This document shows positions 27,125-36,922 of a stretch of 52,157 bases of DNA, piece after piece. Each line of letters starts with the position of its first letter. Position 1 is the first letter of the stretch. Location: positions 1-52,157 of the forward strand of contig NZ_MWQY01000026.1 in assembly GCF_002087085.1 (NCBI RefSeq). The letters are read 5' to 3'. The translations under genes and the position numbers were made by a program. Under the pieces are notes generated by a model. It saw only the letters and a list, made by a program, of their open reading frames with translations, had not been told where the DNA came from and searched no databases.

Positions 27125-28123
27125 ATGAGAAAAACAATCGTTGCTGTTCTGTGTGTCCTGTTACTGACTGCCGGGCTATTCGCCGAAGGCAGGCAGGAGG
27201 GGGCAGCGGAAACCTACAAAATTACCGCTGGTCTTGGTTTGAATGACAAGTCGGCAGCCTATGAAGCCATGGTGTATTTTAAAGAACTTGTGGAAGAAGG
27301 CAGCGACGGACGTATCGTAATGGAAATTTACCATTCAAGTCAGCTTGGAGACGACCGGGAGATGATGGAAGCCCTGCAGCGGGGAGAACAGGAGATGACT
27401 GTCCCTTCAACCGCTCCGATTGTCCCCTTTGTTCCGGAGTTCGGTGTCTTTGATCTCCCCTTTTTGTTTCCTAAACACGAAGATGCAGACCGGGTTCTAG
27501 ATGGCGAAATTGGACAGAGGATTCTGGACAAACTATCTGATGTCGGACTTAAAGGACTGGTTTATTGGGAGAATGGGTACCGAAATCTCACTAATAGTGT
27601 ACGTGAGGTGAGAACTCCCGCAGATGTTAAGGGTATGAAAGTCCGTACAATGGAAAACCCAATGCACCTGGATGCCTGGAGAACCATGGGGGCTAATCCT
27701 ACGCCCATGGCTTTCGGCGAGCTTTTCTCCGCCATGCAGCAGGGGGTTGTGGACGGCCAGGAAAATCCCTGGGGTACCATTTATCTTCAGAACTTTCATG
27801 AAGTCCAGACATTTGCGTCCGATACAGGTCATGTTTATTCACCCTTCGTTTTGATGATCAGCCAGAAGTACTGGGACAATCTTCCTGCCGATCTGCAGAA
27901 GGTTGTTATGGATGCAGCTGTTAAATCCCGGGATAAGAACCGTGAGCTTAATCGTAAATATAACAAAGAATATATGTCAAAACTAAAGGAAGTTATGACT
28001 GTTTCAGAACTGACTTTAGAAGAAAAAGCTCAGTTTCAAACTGCTGTTCAATCTGTTTATGACCAATATGCTGATGCAATCGGAAGGGGTTTGATCAACG
28101 AAGTGATGGAAGAACTTAAGTAA
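27125..28123 (+). CDS. dctP: TRAP transporter substrate-binding protein
   Basis: SQLGDDREMME, ENGYR, KGMKVRTM, GANPTPM, VDGQENP. Confidence 0.93.
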   Translation: MRKTIVAVLCVLLLTAGLFAEGRQEGAAETYKITAGLGLNDKSAAYEAMVYFKELVEEGSDGRIVMEIYHSSQLGDDREMMEALQRGEQEMTVPSTAPIVPFVPEFGVFDLPFLFPKHEDADRVLDGEIGQRILDKLSDVGLKGLVYWENGYRNLTNSVREVRTPADVKGMKVRTMENPMHLDAWRTMGANPTPMAFGELFSAMQQGVVDGQENPWGTIYLQNFHEVQTFASDTGHVYSPFVLMISQKYWDNLPADLQKVVMDAAVKSRDKNRELNRKYNKEYMSKLKEVMTVSELTLEEKAQFQTAVQSVYDQYADAIGRGLINEVMEELK

Positions 28124-28151
28124 GGGGCATTCTTAAAATAATGTAATTGGT

Positions 28152-28192
28152 CACCGGATCAAGGGCACATAATGTCAAGATCCGGTGGTTTT
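28152..28192 (+). terminator. Stem-loop between dctP and dctQ
   Basis: caccggatc...gatccggtg followed by gtttt. Confidence 0.5.
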
Positions 28193-28214
28193 AATCTATC
28201 AGAGGAGACATAAG

Positions 28215-28718
28215 ATGTTTTTCGGACGTTTCCAGGCAGCCCTTGAAAAGGCATATTCCATGTTTCTCATACTGTTAACATTAACAATGTTTATAATTGT
28301 TGCATTCAATGTTTTCATGCGCTTTGTGATGAATCAGTCCCTAGGCTGGGCGGATGAACTGGCGCGTTTCATTTTCATCTGGATAGGTTTTCTTGGGGCT
28401 GTACTAGCATATAAAAACGATGAACATGTTGGGCTTAGTTTTTTGATTGATGCCATACAGTCCTCCAGGGGGAAGCGCATCATTAGCGTTATACAGCAGA
28501 TCCTTAGCCTCGTAGTGCTGTTGTTTATTACCTATTTCGGGTACCAGGCTTCAACCACTGTCATGAATGTATCTCCAGCATTATCCATCCCCATGTCCTT
28601 AATGTATCTCATTGTACCTTTTTGTGGAGGTATGATGTGTTTGCTTGGAATTGGAAAGCTCATCGCGATTTTCCGGGGGGCGGAAATACAGACTAATATC
28701 AGGAATTCGGTGGAGTAA
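28215..28718 (+). CDS. dctQ: TRAP small permease
   Basis: WADELARFIFIW, EHVGL, SPALSIPM; start moved to 28215. Confidence 0.9.
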   Translation: MFFGRFQAALEKAYSMFLILLTLTMFIIVAFNVFMRFVMNQSLGWADELARFIFIWIGFLGAVLAYKNDEHVGLSFLIDAIQSSRGKRIISVIQQILSLVVLLFITYFGYQASTTVMNVSPALSIPMSLMYLIVPFCGGMMCLLGIGKLIAIFRGAEIQTNIRNSVE

Positions 28719-28721
28719 TGT

Positions 28722-30002
28722 ATGTTGTGGATTTTCCTCTTTTTTCTATTTTCCTCAGTTATTCTTGGACTTCCTATTGTTTTTGCACTCGGTATAGCCA
28801 ACATAGTCATGTTGCAATTGTTAGATCTTCCATTCACTATTATTGCAAGTAAGATGATATCGGGAATGAACAGTTTTCCACTCCTCGCGATCCCATTTTT
28901 TATGTTCGTTGGGGAGGTAATGAGTCGTGGTGGTATAGCTCGCAGACTTGTCAAACTGGCAGATGCTTTTGTTGGACACATTACAGGGGGGCTTGGTCAT
29001 GTAAATATTCTTGCCAGCATGTTCTTTGGCGGTATAAGTGGATCAGCAATTGCTGATACGGCTGCTATTGGAGGCTTGATGGTTCCGCCTATGGTACAAC
29101 AGAAATACACACCATCATATTCCGCTGCAGTTACCGCAAGTTCTGCGGTAATTGGCATAATAATTCCCCCCAGTATTCCTTTTATTTTATACGGAATAGT
29201 AACAAGTACATCAATAGCAAGGCTTTTTCTGGGTGGTATAGTTCCAGGTCTTATCGTCGGTTTTGCTCTGATGGTAACTACCTATATTACAAGCAGTCGT
29301 TATGGTTATGGGAAAAGAGAGAAAGGCAAGTCTTTTTCCCTAAAGGAGGTCTGGTCTGCATTTCAGGCAGTTTGGCCGGCTCTGACTCTACCGGTGATCA
29401 TTGTAGGCGGTATTCTCGGTGGAATATTTACTGCAACCGAAGCTGGGGCAGTAGCAGCTTTTGTTGCACTTCTTCTTAGTCTCTTCTATTACCGTGAAAT
29501 TCAGATTAAAGATCTTCCCGGAATATTTCTATCTACTGCCAAGACAACTGCAATTGTTCTGTTTCTCAGTGCAATGGCCATGGTTTCTGCCTGGCTGTTG
29601 ACAAGGGCAAGAGTCCCGGTTGCTTTATCAAATCTTCTGACAGCTATTACAGAATCTAAACTGCTTATTCTTCTATTTTGTAACATGCTTTTATTCCTTG
29701 TTGGCTTTGTCATGGATTTGACACCTGCAATTCTTATCCTTGCACCCATACTCACACCTTTAATGATGAATATCGGAATCGATCCGGTTTACTTTGGGGT
29801 AATAATGTGTATTAACCTTGGGATTGGGTTAGTTACACCACCAGTGGGAACTGTTTTGTATGTGGCATGCGGTGTTGCAGATGTGAGAATGGAGGGTTTG
29901 GTAAAGTCTCTTCTTCCGTTTTTGTTTACTCTGCTTGTAGTTCTGTTATTACTTATTCTTTTTCCAGAATTGGTCATGTTCATTCCCAACTATTTCAGCT
30001 AA
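28722..30002 (+). CDS. dctM: TRAP large permease
   Basis: LLAIPFF, FGGISGSAIAD, IIPPSI, FTATEAG, GLVTPPVG. Confidence 0.93.
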   Translation: MLWIFLFFLFSSVILGLPIVFALGIANIVMLQLLDLPFTIIASKMISGMNSFPLLAIPFFMFVGEVMSRGGIARRLVKLADAFVGHITGGLGHVNILASMFFGGISGSAIADTAAIGGLMVPPMVQQKYTPSYSAAVTASSAVIGIIIPPSIPFILYGIVTSTSIARLFLGGIVPGLIVGFALMVTTYITSSRYGYGKREKGKSFSLKEVWSAFQAVWPALTLPVIIVGGILGGIFTATEAGAVAAFVALLLSLFYYREIQIKDLPGIFLSTAKTTAIVLFLSAMAMVSAWLLTRARVPVALSNLLTAITESKLLILLFCNMLLFLVGFVMDLTPAILILAPILTPLMMNIGIDPVYFGVIMCINLGIGLVTPPVGTVLYVACGVADVRMEGLVKSLLPFLFTLLVVLLLLILFPELVMFIPNYFS

Positions 30003-30054
30003 ATCAGTAATGGATCTGAAAAAAAATCATATATATTGAAGGAAAGGTGAAAAT

Positions 30055-31122
30055 ATGACATCTCGTGAACGATTTCTTGCTGCAGCCCGGGGACTGTATA
30101 CTGATTGCATTCCGGCAGCACCATATAATGGTAATTTTGGAGCGGCTCTGGCCGGTATACCGATATCAGTTTATAACACTGATGGAAAACAGATGGCAGA
30201 TGCCCAGACTCTTGCTTGGGAAAAGATTGGGCAGGATGTAATCGTTGCGCAGTCTGATAATTACTATATTGCTGAAGGATTCGGATGTGTAATTGAACAG
30301 CCGTACGATACAACCCCAAATTTGGTTAAACCAGCCGTTGCGACACTTGATGAAGTTGAAAAACTCAAGGTGCCGGATCCGTACAGAGACGGACGGATGC
30401 CTGTATATCTCGAAGCAATTTCTTTGTTGCGCGAAAGGTTTGGTAATGAAGTTGCAATACGTGGTCCGGGAACAGGACCATTTTCACTAGCCAGCTATTT
30501 GATGGGTGGGACTACCGAGTTCCTGATGCAGATTGCATATTGTGAAGCCGACAATGATTCTGTAAAAGAGTCACAATTATTCGAATTGATGGATGTTTCT
30601 TCGGATGCTCTTATAGTCTTTTTAAAAGCTCAGCTATCTGCAGGTTCTGATACTGCAATGGTTGGAGATTCTCTTGCTTCATTGAGTATGATCTCACCAA
30701 AGATTTATGAGAAATATGTCTTCCCTTACGAATGCAAGGTTTTCCAGAGCATCAGGGCGGATGTAAAAAAGCGTGATGCAGTAACTATTTTACATATTTG
30801 CGGCGATACCCGGGATATTCTTCCCAACATGGCCCAAACAGGTGCTGATATTCTTGAAATTGACGCAAAGGTTACTCTTGCTGATGCTCGGATTCTTGTT
30901 GGGGATAAAATTGCACTTATGGGAAATCTTGAACCCACAACAGTTTTGTTTGCTGGGACACCAGAACATGTGCAAAATGAATCTTTGAAATGCATTCGGG
31001 CAATGGAAGGCTCTCAAGGTGGGTTCATCCTTGGGTCAGGTTGTGAGGTGGTGCCAAAGAGTCCTGAGGTAAACTTGAAAATGATGGTAGAAACTGCTCA
31101 TAATGCATCAGGGAATATGTAA
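30055..31122 (+). CDS. UroD/MtaA-family protein (methylcobamide methyltransferase-like)
   Basis: MTSRER start, DGRMPVYLEA, GPFS, LHICG and GSGCEV (HxC...C Zn ligands). Confidence 0.85.
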   Translation: MTSRERFLAAARGLYTDCIPAAPYNGNFGAALAGIPISVYNTDGKQMADAQTLAWEKIGQDVIVAQSDNYYIAEGFGCVIEQPYDTTPNLVKPAVATLDEVEKLKVPDPYRDGRMPVYLEAISLLRERFGNEVAIRGPGTGPFSLASYLMGGTTEFLMQIAYCEADNDSVKESQLFELMDVSSDALIVFLKAQLSAGSDTAMVGDSLASLSMISPKIYEKYVFPYECKVFQSIRADVKKRDAVTILHICGDTRDILPNMAQTGADILEIDAKVTLADARILVGDKIALMGNLEPTTVLFAGTPEHVQNESLKCIRAMEGSQGGFILGSGCEVVPKSPEVNLKMMVETAHNASGNM

Positions 31123-31178
31123 AAGTATATTTATTCGACAGTGAGTTTGCGTTACTTTATCCAGGGGGATCAGGGTTC

Positions 31179-33227
31179 TTGATGAGCATCCGAGTTCGTA
31201 TTTTTCGTTCTTATATGATATTGATTCTCCTGGTTCTTCTGTACTTATGCTGTTCATTCCTTTTAGGTTCTTTTCGTTTGCAGCTTGAAAAGGATAAAAT
31301 TTCTATTCTTGAAGTAAAAACAACTTGGGAAGAGTTGCGTGTCCTGGTGAATGAGACAACAGCCGATTGGAACGACGGTAAAACATATGAAGAGTTTATA
31401 AAGAAGAGTATACAGTTTGAGGCAAGAATAAACAAACTGGTAGAATCAGATAACCGCAATGTATGGTATTGGCGACAGGTCAATCGGTACATCGATAACT
31501 TATACTCTGTGTGGCTGATGGCGCGGGTAAATGTTGACAGCCTGATAGAGACACGAGAAAGTCTTGAATTCCATAAGATGGAGAAGTCGCTTGTTCAAAT
31601 CCCCGGTCCTCAAAGGCTTTATCATTTTTTTATTAGGCTTATGGAAAATGCCGATAATGAGAACGATCCACATATAATTATTCTAAAGAAATATACTGAT
31701 GCAGTTGAGTTTTTTCCTATCTACAGTAATGCTGTCGACTATGGATTTTCAATTGCACTGCAAAAAATGGGGATTCAATATAATCATATAATAGTCATTC
31801 AGAATTATTTGAGTGCTATTTTCTTTATTCTTTTCCTCTTGAGCTTTGTGACAATCTCTCATCATTTTACTAACTCCATTTCTTCACCTATTATGCAAGT
31901 AAGCGATAAATTAAACACCTTTATTGGTAGAAATGTGGAAAGCGAATATAATGGTCAAAATGACGAGGTGGCCATGCTGGAGGCGAGTGTGGATGACCTG
32001 ATCGAGCATTATACTCACCTGGCAAGACTGGCCGGCCGGCTCTCCCGGGGTCATATAGAGACTTCCCTCCTTTCGCTCCCCCGGCAGGGAGTGGTCGGAA
32101 AGGCCCTCAAGGAGGTCGCCTCCTATCTTAAAGGGCTGGCAAAGACCGCAGACTGGATCCGGGACGGAAAATACGGCGCCCAGGTCAAGGAGAAGTCGGA
32201 ACAGGATGTACTTGCCCGGAGTTTCAATATTATGTCCAGGGAGATTGCCGAGAAGATCAGCACCCTGCGGAGCATGTTTGAGGCTATAGATGAGGGGATT
32301 ATTCTGGCCGACTGCGAGGGCCGGATCCTGGAGGCAAACCAGAAGTTCCTCTCCCTCATGGAGGTGGGAGATCCGGGAGAACTCGATTCTATCGACATCT
32401 TTACTCTGATTATTCCCGAGGAGGAAATCCAGGGGCAGATCAGAAAGGGACTGCCCGTGTATGATTTGTATTGCACCATCTTCAATCGTAAGAATGAGCG
32501 GATTCCCGTCAAAGTGAACGTGCGTCCCCTGAATACGGCTTCCGACGGGGGTAATAGCGTAATGATGCTGATTTCAAATGAATCCCTGCGGGTACGAATG
32601 AAGCGCGAACAGGAAACCCTGGCAGCCCAGGCCCTGGAGGCTGAATTAAGGGCTTTGCGGGCCCAGATCAATCCCCATTTTTTCTTCAATACCCTGAACA
32701 CCATAGCCCATCTTATCGAAACGGATTCCCCCACAGCGGTGGGGGTTGTGGAAAAACTTGCCGGGATGTTCCGTTACACCCTGCTGTCCACAAAGCATAA
32801 AACTGTACGACTGCACGAAGAGCTCCTGCATGTGCGGGAGTTCCTCGCCATAGAGAAAATCCGCCACGGCTCCCGGTTGGAAGTCGATTTCAGAATTGAG
32901 CGGTCTGTTGAAGAATCCGGTATTCCTCCCATGCTGTTGCAGCCGATTGTGGAAAACAGTATAAAACACGGAGCGGATAAAAACGGAATAATCCGCATCA
33001 TGCTGAAAGCCTGCAGGGAACAGGATGATCTCTGTATAGACATTTCGGACGCCGGCGATTCGGAAGTCGATATTGCAGGTCTGCTGGACAACAGCCGCAC
33101 GGGCCTGCAGAATGTAAACCGGCGTTTGATGACCCTGTACAGAAAGCATCTCGAGTTCATCAGGAGGAATACAGGTGGTCTCATGGTCAGGATCAGGGTT
33201 CCCCTGGACGGGGAGGGAACAGGATGA
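31179..33227 (+). CDS. LytS/YehU-type sensor histidine kinase with HAMP and PAS
   Basis: LRAQINPHFFFNTLN, IPPMLLQPIVENSIKHG, GLQNV; two TM. Confidence 0.9.
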   Translation: MMSIRVRIFRSYMILILLVLLYLCCSFLLGSFRLQLEKDKISILEVKTTWEELRVLVNETTADWNDGKTYEEFIKKSIQFEARINKLVESDNRNVWYWRQVNRYIDNLYSVWLMARVNVDSLIETRESLEFHKMEKSLVQIPGPQRLYHFFIRLMENADNENDPHIIILKKYTDAVEFFPIYSNAVDYGFSIALQKMGIQYNHIIVIQNYLSAIFFILFLLSFVTISHHFTNSISSPIMQVSDKLNTFIGRNVESEYNGQNDEVAMLEASVDDLIEHYTHLARLAGRLSRGHIETSLLSLPRQGVVGKALKEVASYLKGLAKTADWIRDGKYGAQVKEKSEQDVLARSFNIMSREIAEKISTLRSMFEAIDEGIILADCEGRILEANQKFLSLMEVGDPGELDSIDIFTLIIPEEEIQGQIRKGLPVYDLYCTIFNRKNERIPVKVNVRPLNTASDGGNSVMMLISNESLRVRMKREQETLAAQALEAELRALRAQINPHFFFNTLNTIAHLIETDSPTAVGVVEKLAGMFRYTLLSTKHKTVRLHEELLHVREFLAIEKIRHGSRLEVDFRIERSVEESGIPPMLLQPIVENSIKHGADKNGIIRIMLKACREQDDLCIDISDAGDSEVDIAGLLDNSRTGLQNVNRRLMTLYRKHLEFIRRNTGGLMVRIRVPLDGEGTG

Positions 33228-33976
33228 TACGTGTACTTATTGCGGATGATGAAAAACCTGCCAGGGGACGTTTAGTCTCTTTTATCTCCGAGTATCCGGA
33301 ATTCCTGATTCTCGGAGAGGCTTCCGACGGACAGGAGACTGTTGCCCAGGTGAACCGGTTTGAGCCTGATGTACTGTTTCTCGATATCCAGATGCCGAAG
33401 AATAACGGATTCGAAGTCCTCCAGCAGCTGACCTGCGACCCTGTAATAATATTCACCACGGCCTATGATGAGTACGCCATTGCGGCTTTCGATGTCCATG
33501 CCCTGGATTATCTTCTCAAGCCCTTCAGCAAGGAGCGGTTCAGCAGTACTGCCGCTCTGATCAGGAAAATTCTGCTGGACCCCATGGACTACAAGGAGCG
33601 GGTACGCAGCGCTGTCGGACAGATCGCTTCAGGGGATGCATATCTTGAACGGGTCACGGTGAAGGACAGACATGTATACTCCATTATCCCTGTGCAGAAT
33701 ATTCAGTGTATAAAAACCGCCGGCGGGCTGGTATATATTCAGACAAAGGAGCGGGAGTTTCAGACGGATACGACCCTGAACCAGTTTGAGCAGCGCCTCG
33801 ATCCTTCCATGTTCATGCGCATACATCGAACGGCGATAGTCAACCTGGAAAGGATCGAGAAGATTCTACCCTGGGGGCAGGGACGTTTTGCCCTTGTGCT
33901 GGAAAATGGGAATTCCCTCCATATCTCCCGGGACCGGCTGCAGGAGTTCAAGTCCCGGGTCGGTCTGAAAGTCTGA
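33224..33976 (+). CDS. LytTR-family response regulator
   Basis: ADDE, FLDIQMP, TAYDEYA, DYLLKP, FMRIHRTAIVN, ISR. Confidence 0.93.
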   Translation: MIRVLIADDEKPARGRLVSFISEYPEFLILGEASDGQETVAQVNRFEPDVLFLDIQMPKNNGFEVLQQLTCDPVIIFTTAYDEYAIAAFDVHALDYLLKPFSKERFSSTAALIRKILLDPMDYKERVRSAVGQIASGDAYLERVTVKDRHVYSIIPVQNIQCIKTAGGLVYIQTKEREFQTDTTLNQFEQRLDPSMFMRIHRTAIVNLERIEKILPWGQGRFALVLENGNSLHISRDRLQEFKSRVGLKV

Positions 33977-33992
33977 TTCAGTTTCGCAGGTT

Positions 33993-34988
33993 CTACAGAT
34001 AGTATCCCAGCACAACGAAGAGGGGCAGGGTAACCGCGGCTCCCAGGTAGCTTAAAATAATGCCGCTGCCAGAGTAGGGCAGCTGCTCCGGTCGGCCGTA
34101 GTTCTGGATGGCGATCATGATGTTGGTGGCCGGCGGTACGGCGGCCTCGATTACCAGGAAGAGCTGCATCCATCGCCAGGTATCTGCCATGGTCATAGGT
34201 TCTCCCGGAAGCAGGGAGGGGCCGCCGAAAAGCAGGCGCAGTGACAGCATGGCCAGGAGTACGACCAGGGGATAGAGTACCTGCCTCACCAGCAGAAAGG
34301 GACCGAACTCCCTGTGACGGGTCAGGCTCTCATGGGGTACCCCGGCCAGGATTCCTCCCAGCACGATCATGATTCCGTCCATGGCAAAGCGGGAGTACTG
34401 TTCCACCGGAGAAGCGATAATCCTGGGAATATGGTCGTAGAGCCCGGTGGCGGCCAGGACTATCCCCGAGGCGATGCCCACAAAGGGGATGGTCAGCCTG
34501 AAGCGCATCTGCAGGGGTTCCCCCGGAACCCTCTTGATGATGTTGACCGCGAAGCTCCAGAAGATCAGCTGGTAGGCCATTACGTAGGTGAAGAGAAATA
34601 TCAGAATCGGCTCCGGGGCAATGGCCTCCAGGATGGGGAGGGGTACATACCCAACATTGTGGATGGCGAACAGCAGAATGAACTCGCTCTTGTTTTCCTC
34701 CTGCAGGCTGGAGAATATCCTGGTGTGCTTGAGCAGCCAGAGGACCAGAAGGTACTGCAGATAGATGGTAACGACGCACATGACAAAGAAGAGGGGCATC
34801 CAGTGGGCACCCCTGGAGAAGGCGTCATCCCAGGAGATTCCGTAGCGGGAGATATAGTAGAGGGGAAACAGGACATTCACAATAGCCGCGGAAAGCCAGG
34901 GCAGCAGCTTTCTGCGCATCCACCGGGGGTGAAAGATGATATATCCTGATACAACAAGCCCGATCAACCGTAAAAACGCTGCTGCCAT
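33993..34988 (-). CDS. AEC (auxin efflux carrier-like) family transporter
   Basis: About 10 TM; NVGYVPLP, EAAVPPATN. Confidence 0.75.
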   Translation of the reverse strand: MAAAFLRLIGLVVSGYIIFHPRWMRRKLLPWLSAAIVNVLFPLYYISRYGISWDDAFSRGAHWMPLFFVMCVVTIYLQYLLVLWLLKHTRIFSSLQEENKSEFILLFAIHNVGYVPLPILEAIAPEPILIFLFTYVMAYQLIFWSFAVNIIKRVPGEPLQMRFRLTIPFVGIASGIVLAATGLYDHIPRIIASPVEQYSRFAMDGIMIVLGGILAGVPHESLTRHREFGPFLLVRQVLYPLVVLLAMLSLRLLFGGPSLLPGEPMTMADTWRWMQLFLVIEAAVPPATNIMIAIQNYGRPEQLPYSGSGIILSYLGAAVTLPLFVVLGYYL

Positions 34989-35081
34989 TGAGTCCTCTGT
35001 ATTCTTCTGGTATTCATTTTTCTGCTCTTCAGTGTAGACTAATTACTGATAAAAGCCAATCCGGAGTTACGCCGGAAACCT

Positions 35082-35849
35082 TTGAGGGGGAAGATTTTTC
35101 GGATGGATAAAGGACTTATTCGGACCGGCAGCGGTTCCAGCTCTGAAGTTTTTAAAGCCTCCGATACGGAAGCCTTCAAGCTCTATTATCCCGGCTACAG
35201 TCTGCTCGAGGTTGTCCGGGAGTACGAGAATACCAGTTTTGTCCGCCGGGTATATGAAAAGGCTCCCTGGGTACAGGAGCCGGGACAGCGGGAGGGCAGA
35301 ATTACCCTGCCCCTCGAACTGATTCAAGGACAGGGGCTGGCGAAAATCCTGCGTTTCGGGGATGCCCGGGAAGTCGGGATGAGTCTCGGTATAATGCATC
35401 GGGACCTGCATGTACGGCCCTCCGAGGGTTTGCCCCCGGCGAAGAGTGTTTTTGAACCGGTAATCCTGGATTCCCCGGGTATTCCCGAAGGCAAACGGAA
35501 AAACTGCCTCTCCTTTCTACGGGAGCGGCGGGATGACCGACTCTGTCATGGCTGTTTTCATCCGGGAAACATAGTCCAGACAAACTCCGGCTGGCGCCTG
35601 ATCAACTGGAAATATGCATTTTCCGGGGACCCCCTGGCTGATGTGGCGGCCACCGTCTATCATCTGCGTTCCTCCTCCCGGGCCGGGCGTCGCTCTCCCG
35701 TTCTGGAGCCTCTGTTGCGGGACAGGCTGATTCGCTGGTATCTGAAGGGGTATTTCGGAAAAGAGGAAATTCCCCGGCAAGATATCACAATCTGGATGGA
35801 AATAACGGCCATCAGGTTCCGCGGATTTGCCAAGGAGAGACTAAGTTAG
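35082..35849 (+). CDS. APH/choline-kinase-like fold protein with degenerate catalytic motifs
   Basis: GSGSSSEVF, AFKLY, LCHGCFHPGN, LINW, GDPLADVA; start may be ATG 35103. Confidence 0.7.
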   Translation: MRGKIFRMDKGLIRTGSGSSSEVFKASDTEAFKLYYPGYSLLEVVREYENTSFVRRVYEKAPWVQEPGQREGRITLPLELIQGQGLAKILRFGDAREVGMSLGIMHRDLHVRPSEGLPPAKSVFEPVILDSPGIPEGKRKNCLSFLRERRDDRLCHGCFHPGNIVQTNSGWRLINWKYAFSGDPLADVAATVYHLRSSSRAGRRSPVLEPLLRDRLIRWYLKGYFGKEEIPRQDITIWMEITAIRFRGFAKERLS

Positions 35850-35884
35850 TATCCTGTTATATACGAATACATAGATAAGGAGTC

Positions 35885-36901
35885 ATGTATATGTTGAAAC
35901 GACCATTAGGAAATTCCGGAATAGAGGCCTCTGTTGTCGCCTTCGGTGCCTGGGCCATAGGCGGCTGGAAGTGGGGCGGGACTGATGACGATGTCGCGGT
36001 ACGGGCGATCCACGCGGCCATTGACCGGGGTATGGACTTTGTTGATACCGCGCCTATTTACGGGTTCGGCCATTCCGAAGAGGTAGTCGGCCGGGCAATC
36101 CAGGATCGCCGTGACAAGGTTGTTCTGGCAACGAAGTGCGGTATGCGCTGGGACGAAAAAGTGGGACGCTACTTCTTCTCCCACCAGATGGATACCCCCC
36201 AGGGCCCTCAGCCGGTGGACATTCACATCTACCTTGATCCCGAATCGGTTCGCAACGAGGTGGAACAGAGCCTTAAGCGTCTGAAGACCGATTACATTGA
36301 CCTGATGCAGACACACTGGCAGGAACGGGTCTCCACTCCCATCGAGGACACCATGGAGATGCTGATCAAACTGAAGGATCAGGGAAAGATCCGGGCCATC
36401 GGGGTCTGTAATGCCGACCCGGAGGAGATGAAACAGTACCAGTCCGTGGGTCCCCTGGCTTCCGACCAGGAGAAGTTCTCCATGCTCGACCAGGAGCACG
36501 CCGCTAAGCAGAGGCAGTTCGCCGCCGAAGAGGGGCTGGCGTACCTGGCCTATTCTCCCATCGGACAGGGGCTTCTCACCGGTAAGGTTGGTCCTGACCG
36601 GCAGTTCAACCCGGGCGACCAGCGCCTGGACAACCCCCGCTTCAGTGTTGAGAACCGCAAAAAGGTTATGGCCATGCTGGATGAGTTCCGGCCTGTCGCC
36701 GATGCCCATAGGATCAACCTGGCCCAGCTCGCCATCGCCTGGACTTTTCATCAGCACGGCTGTACCCATGTGCTCGCGGGGGCCAGAAACGAAGAGCAGG
36801 TTACCGAAAACGCCGCCGCCGGAGATGTAAGCCTGAGTAAGGAAGAGTTGAGCCTTATGAAGCAGGTTCTGGATAAACACCTGCCGGGTCTGAAGCTCTA
36901 A
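35885..36901 (+). CDS. Aldo/keto reductase
   Basis: GAWAIGG, DTAPIYG, LATKCG, SLKRLKTDYIDL, YSPIGQGLL; start 35885 or 35891. Confidence 0.92.
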   Translation: MYMLKRPLGNSGIEASVVAFGAWAIGGWKWGGTDDDVAVRAIHAAIDRGMDFVDTAPIYGFGHSEEVVGRAIQDRRDKVVLATKCGMRWDEKVGRYFFSHQMDTPQGPQPVDIHIYLDPESVRNEVEQSLKRLKTDYIDLMQTHWQERVSTPIEDTMEMLIKLKDQGKIRAIGVCNADPEEMKQYQSVGPLASDQEKFSMLDQEHAAKQRQFAAEEGLAYLAYSPIGQGLLTGKVGPDRQFNPGDQRLDNPRFSVENRKKVMAMLDEFRPVADAHRINLAQLAIAWTFHQHGCTHVLAGARNEEQVTENAAAGDVSLSKEELSLMKQVLDKHLPGLKL

Positions 36902-36922
36902 ACAGATGAATGAGGGCAGTAC

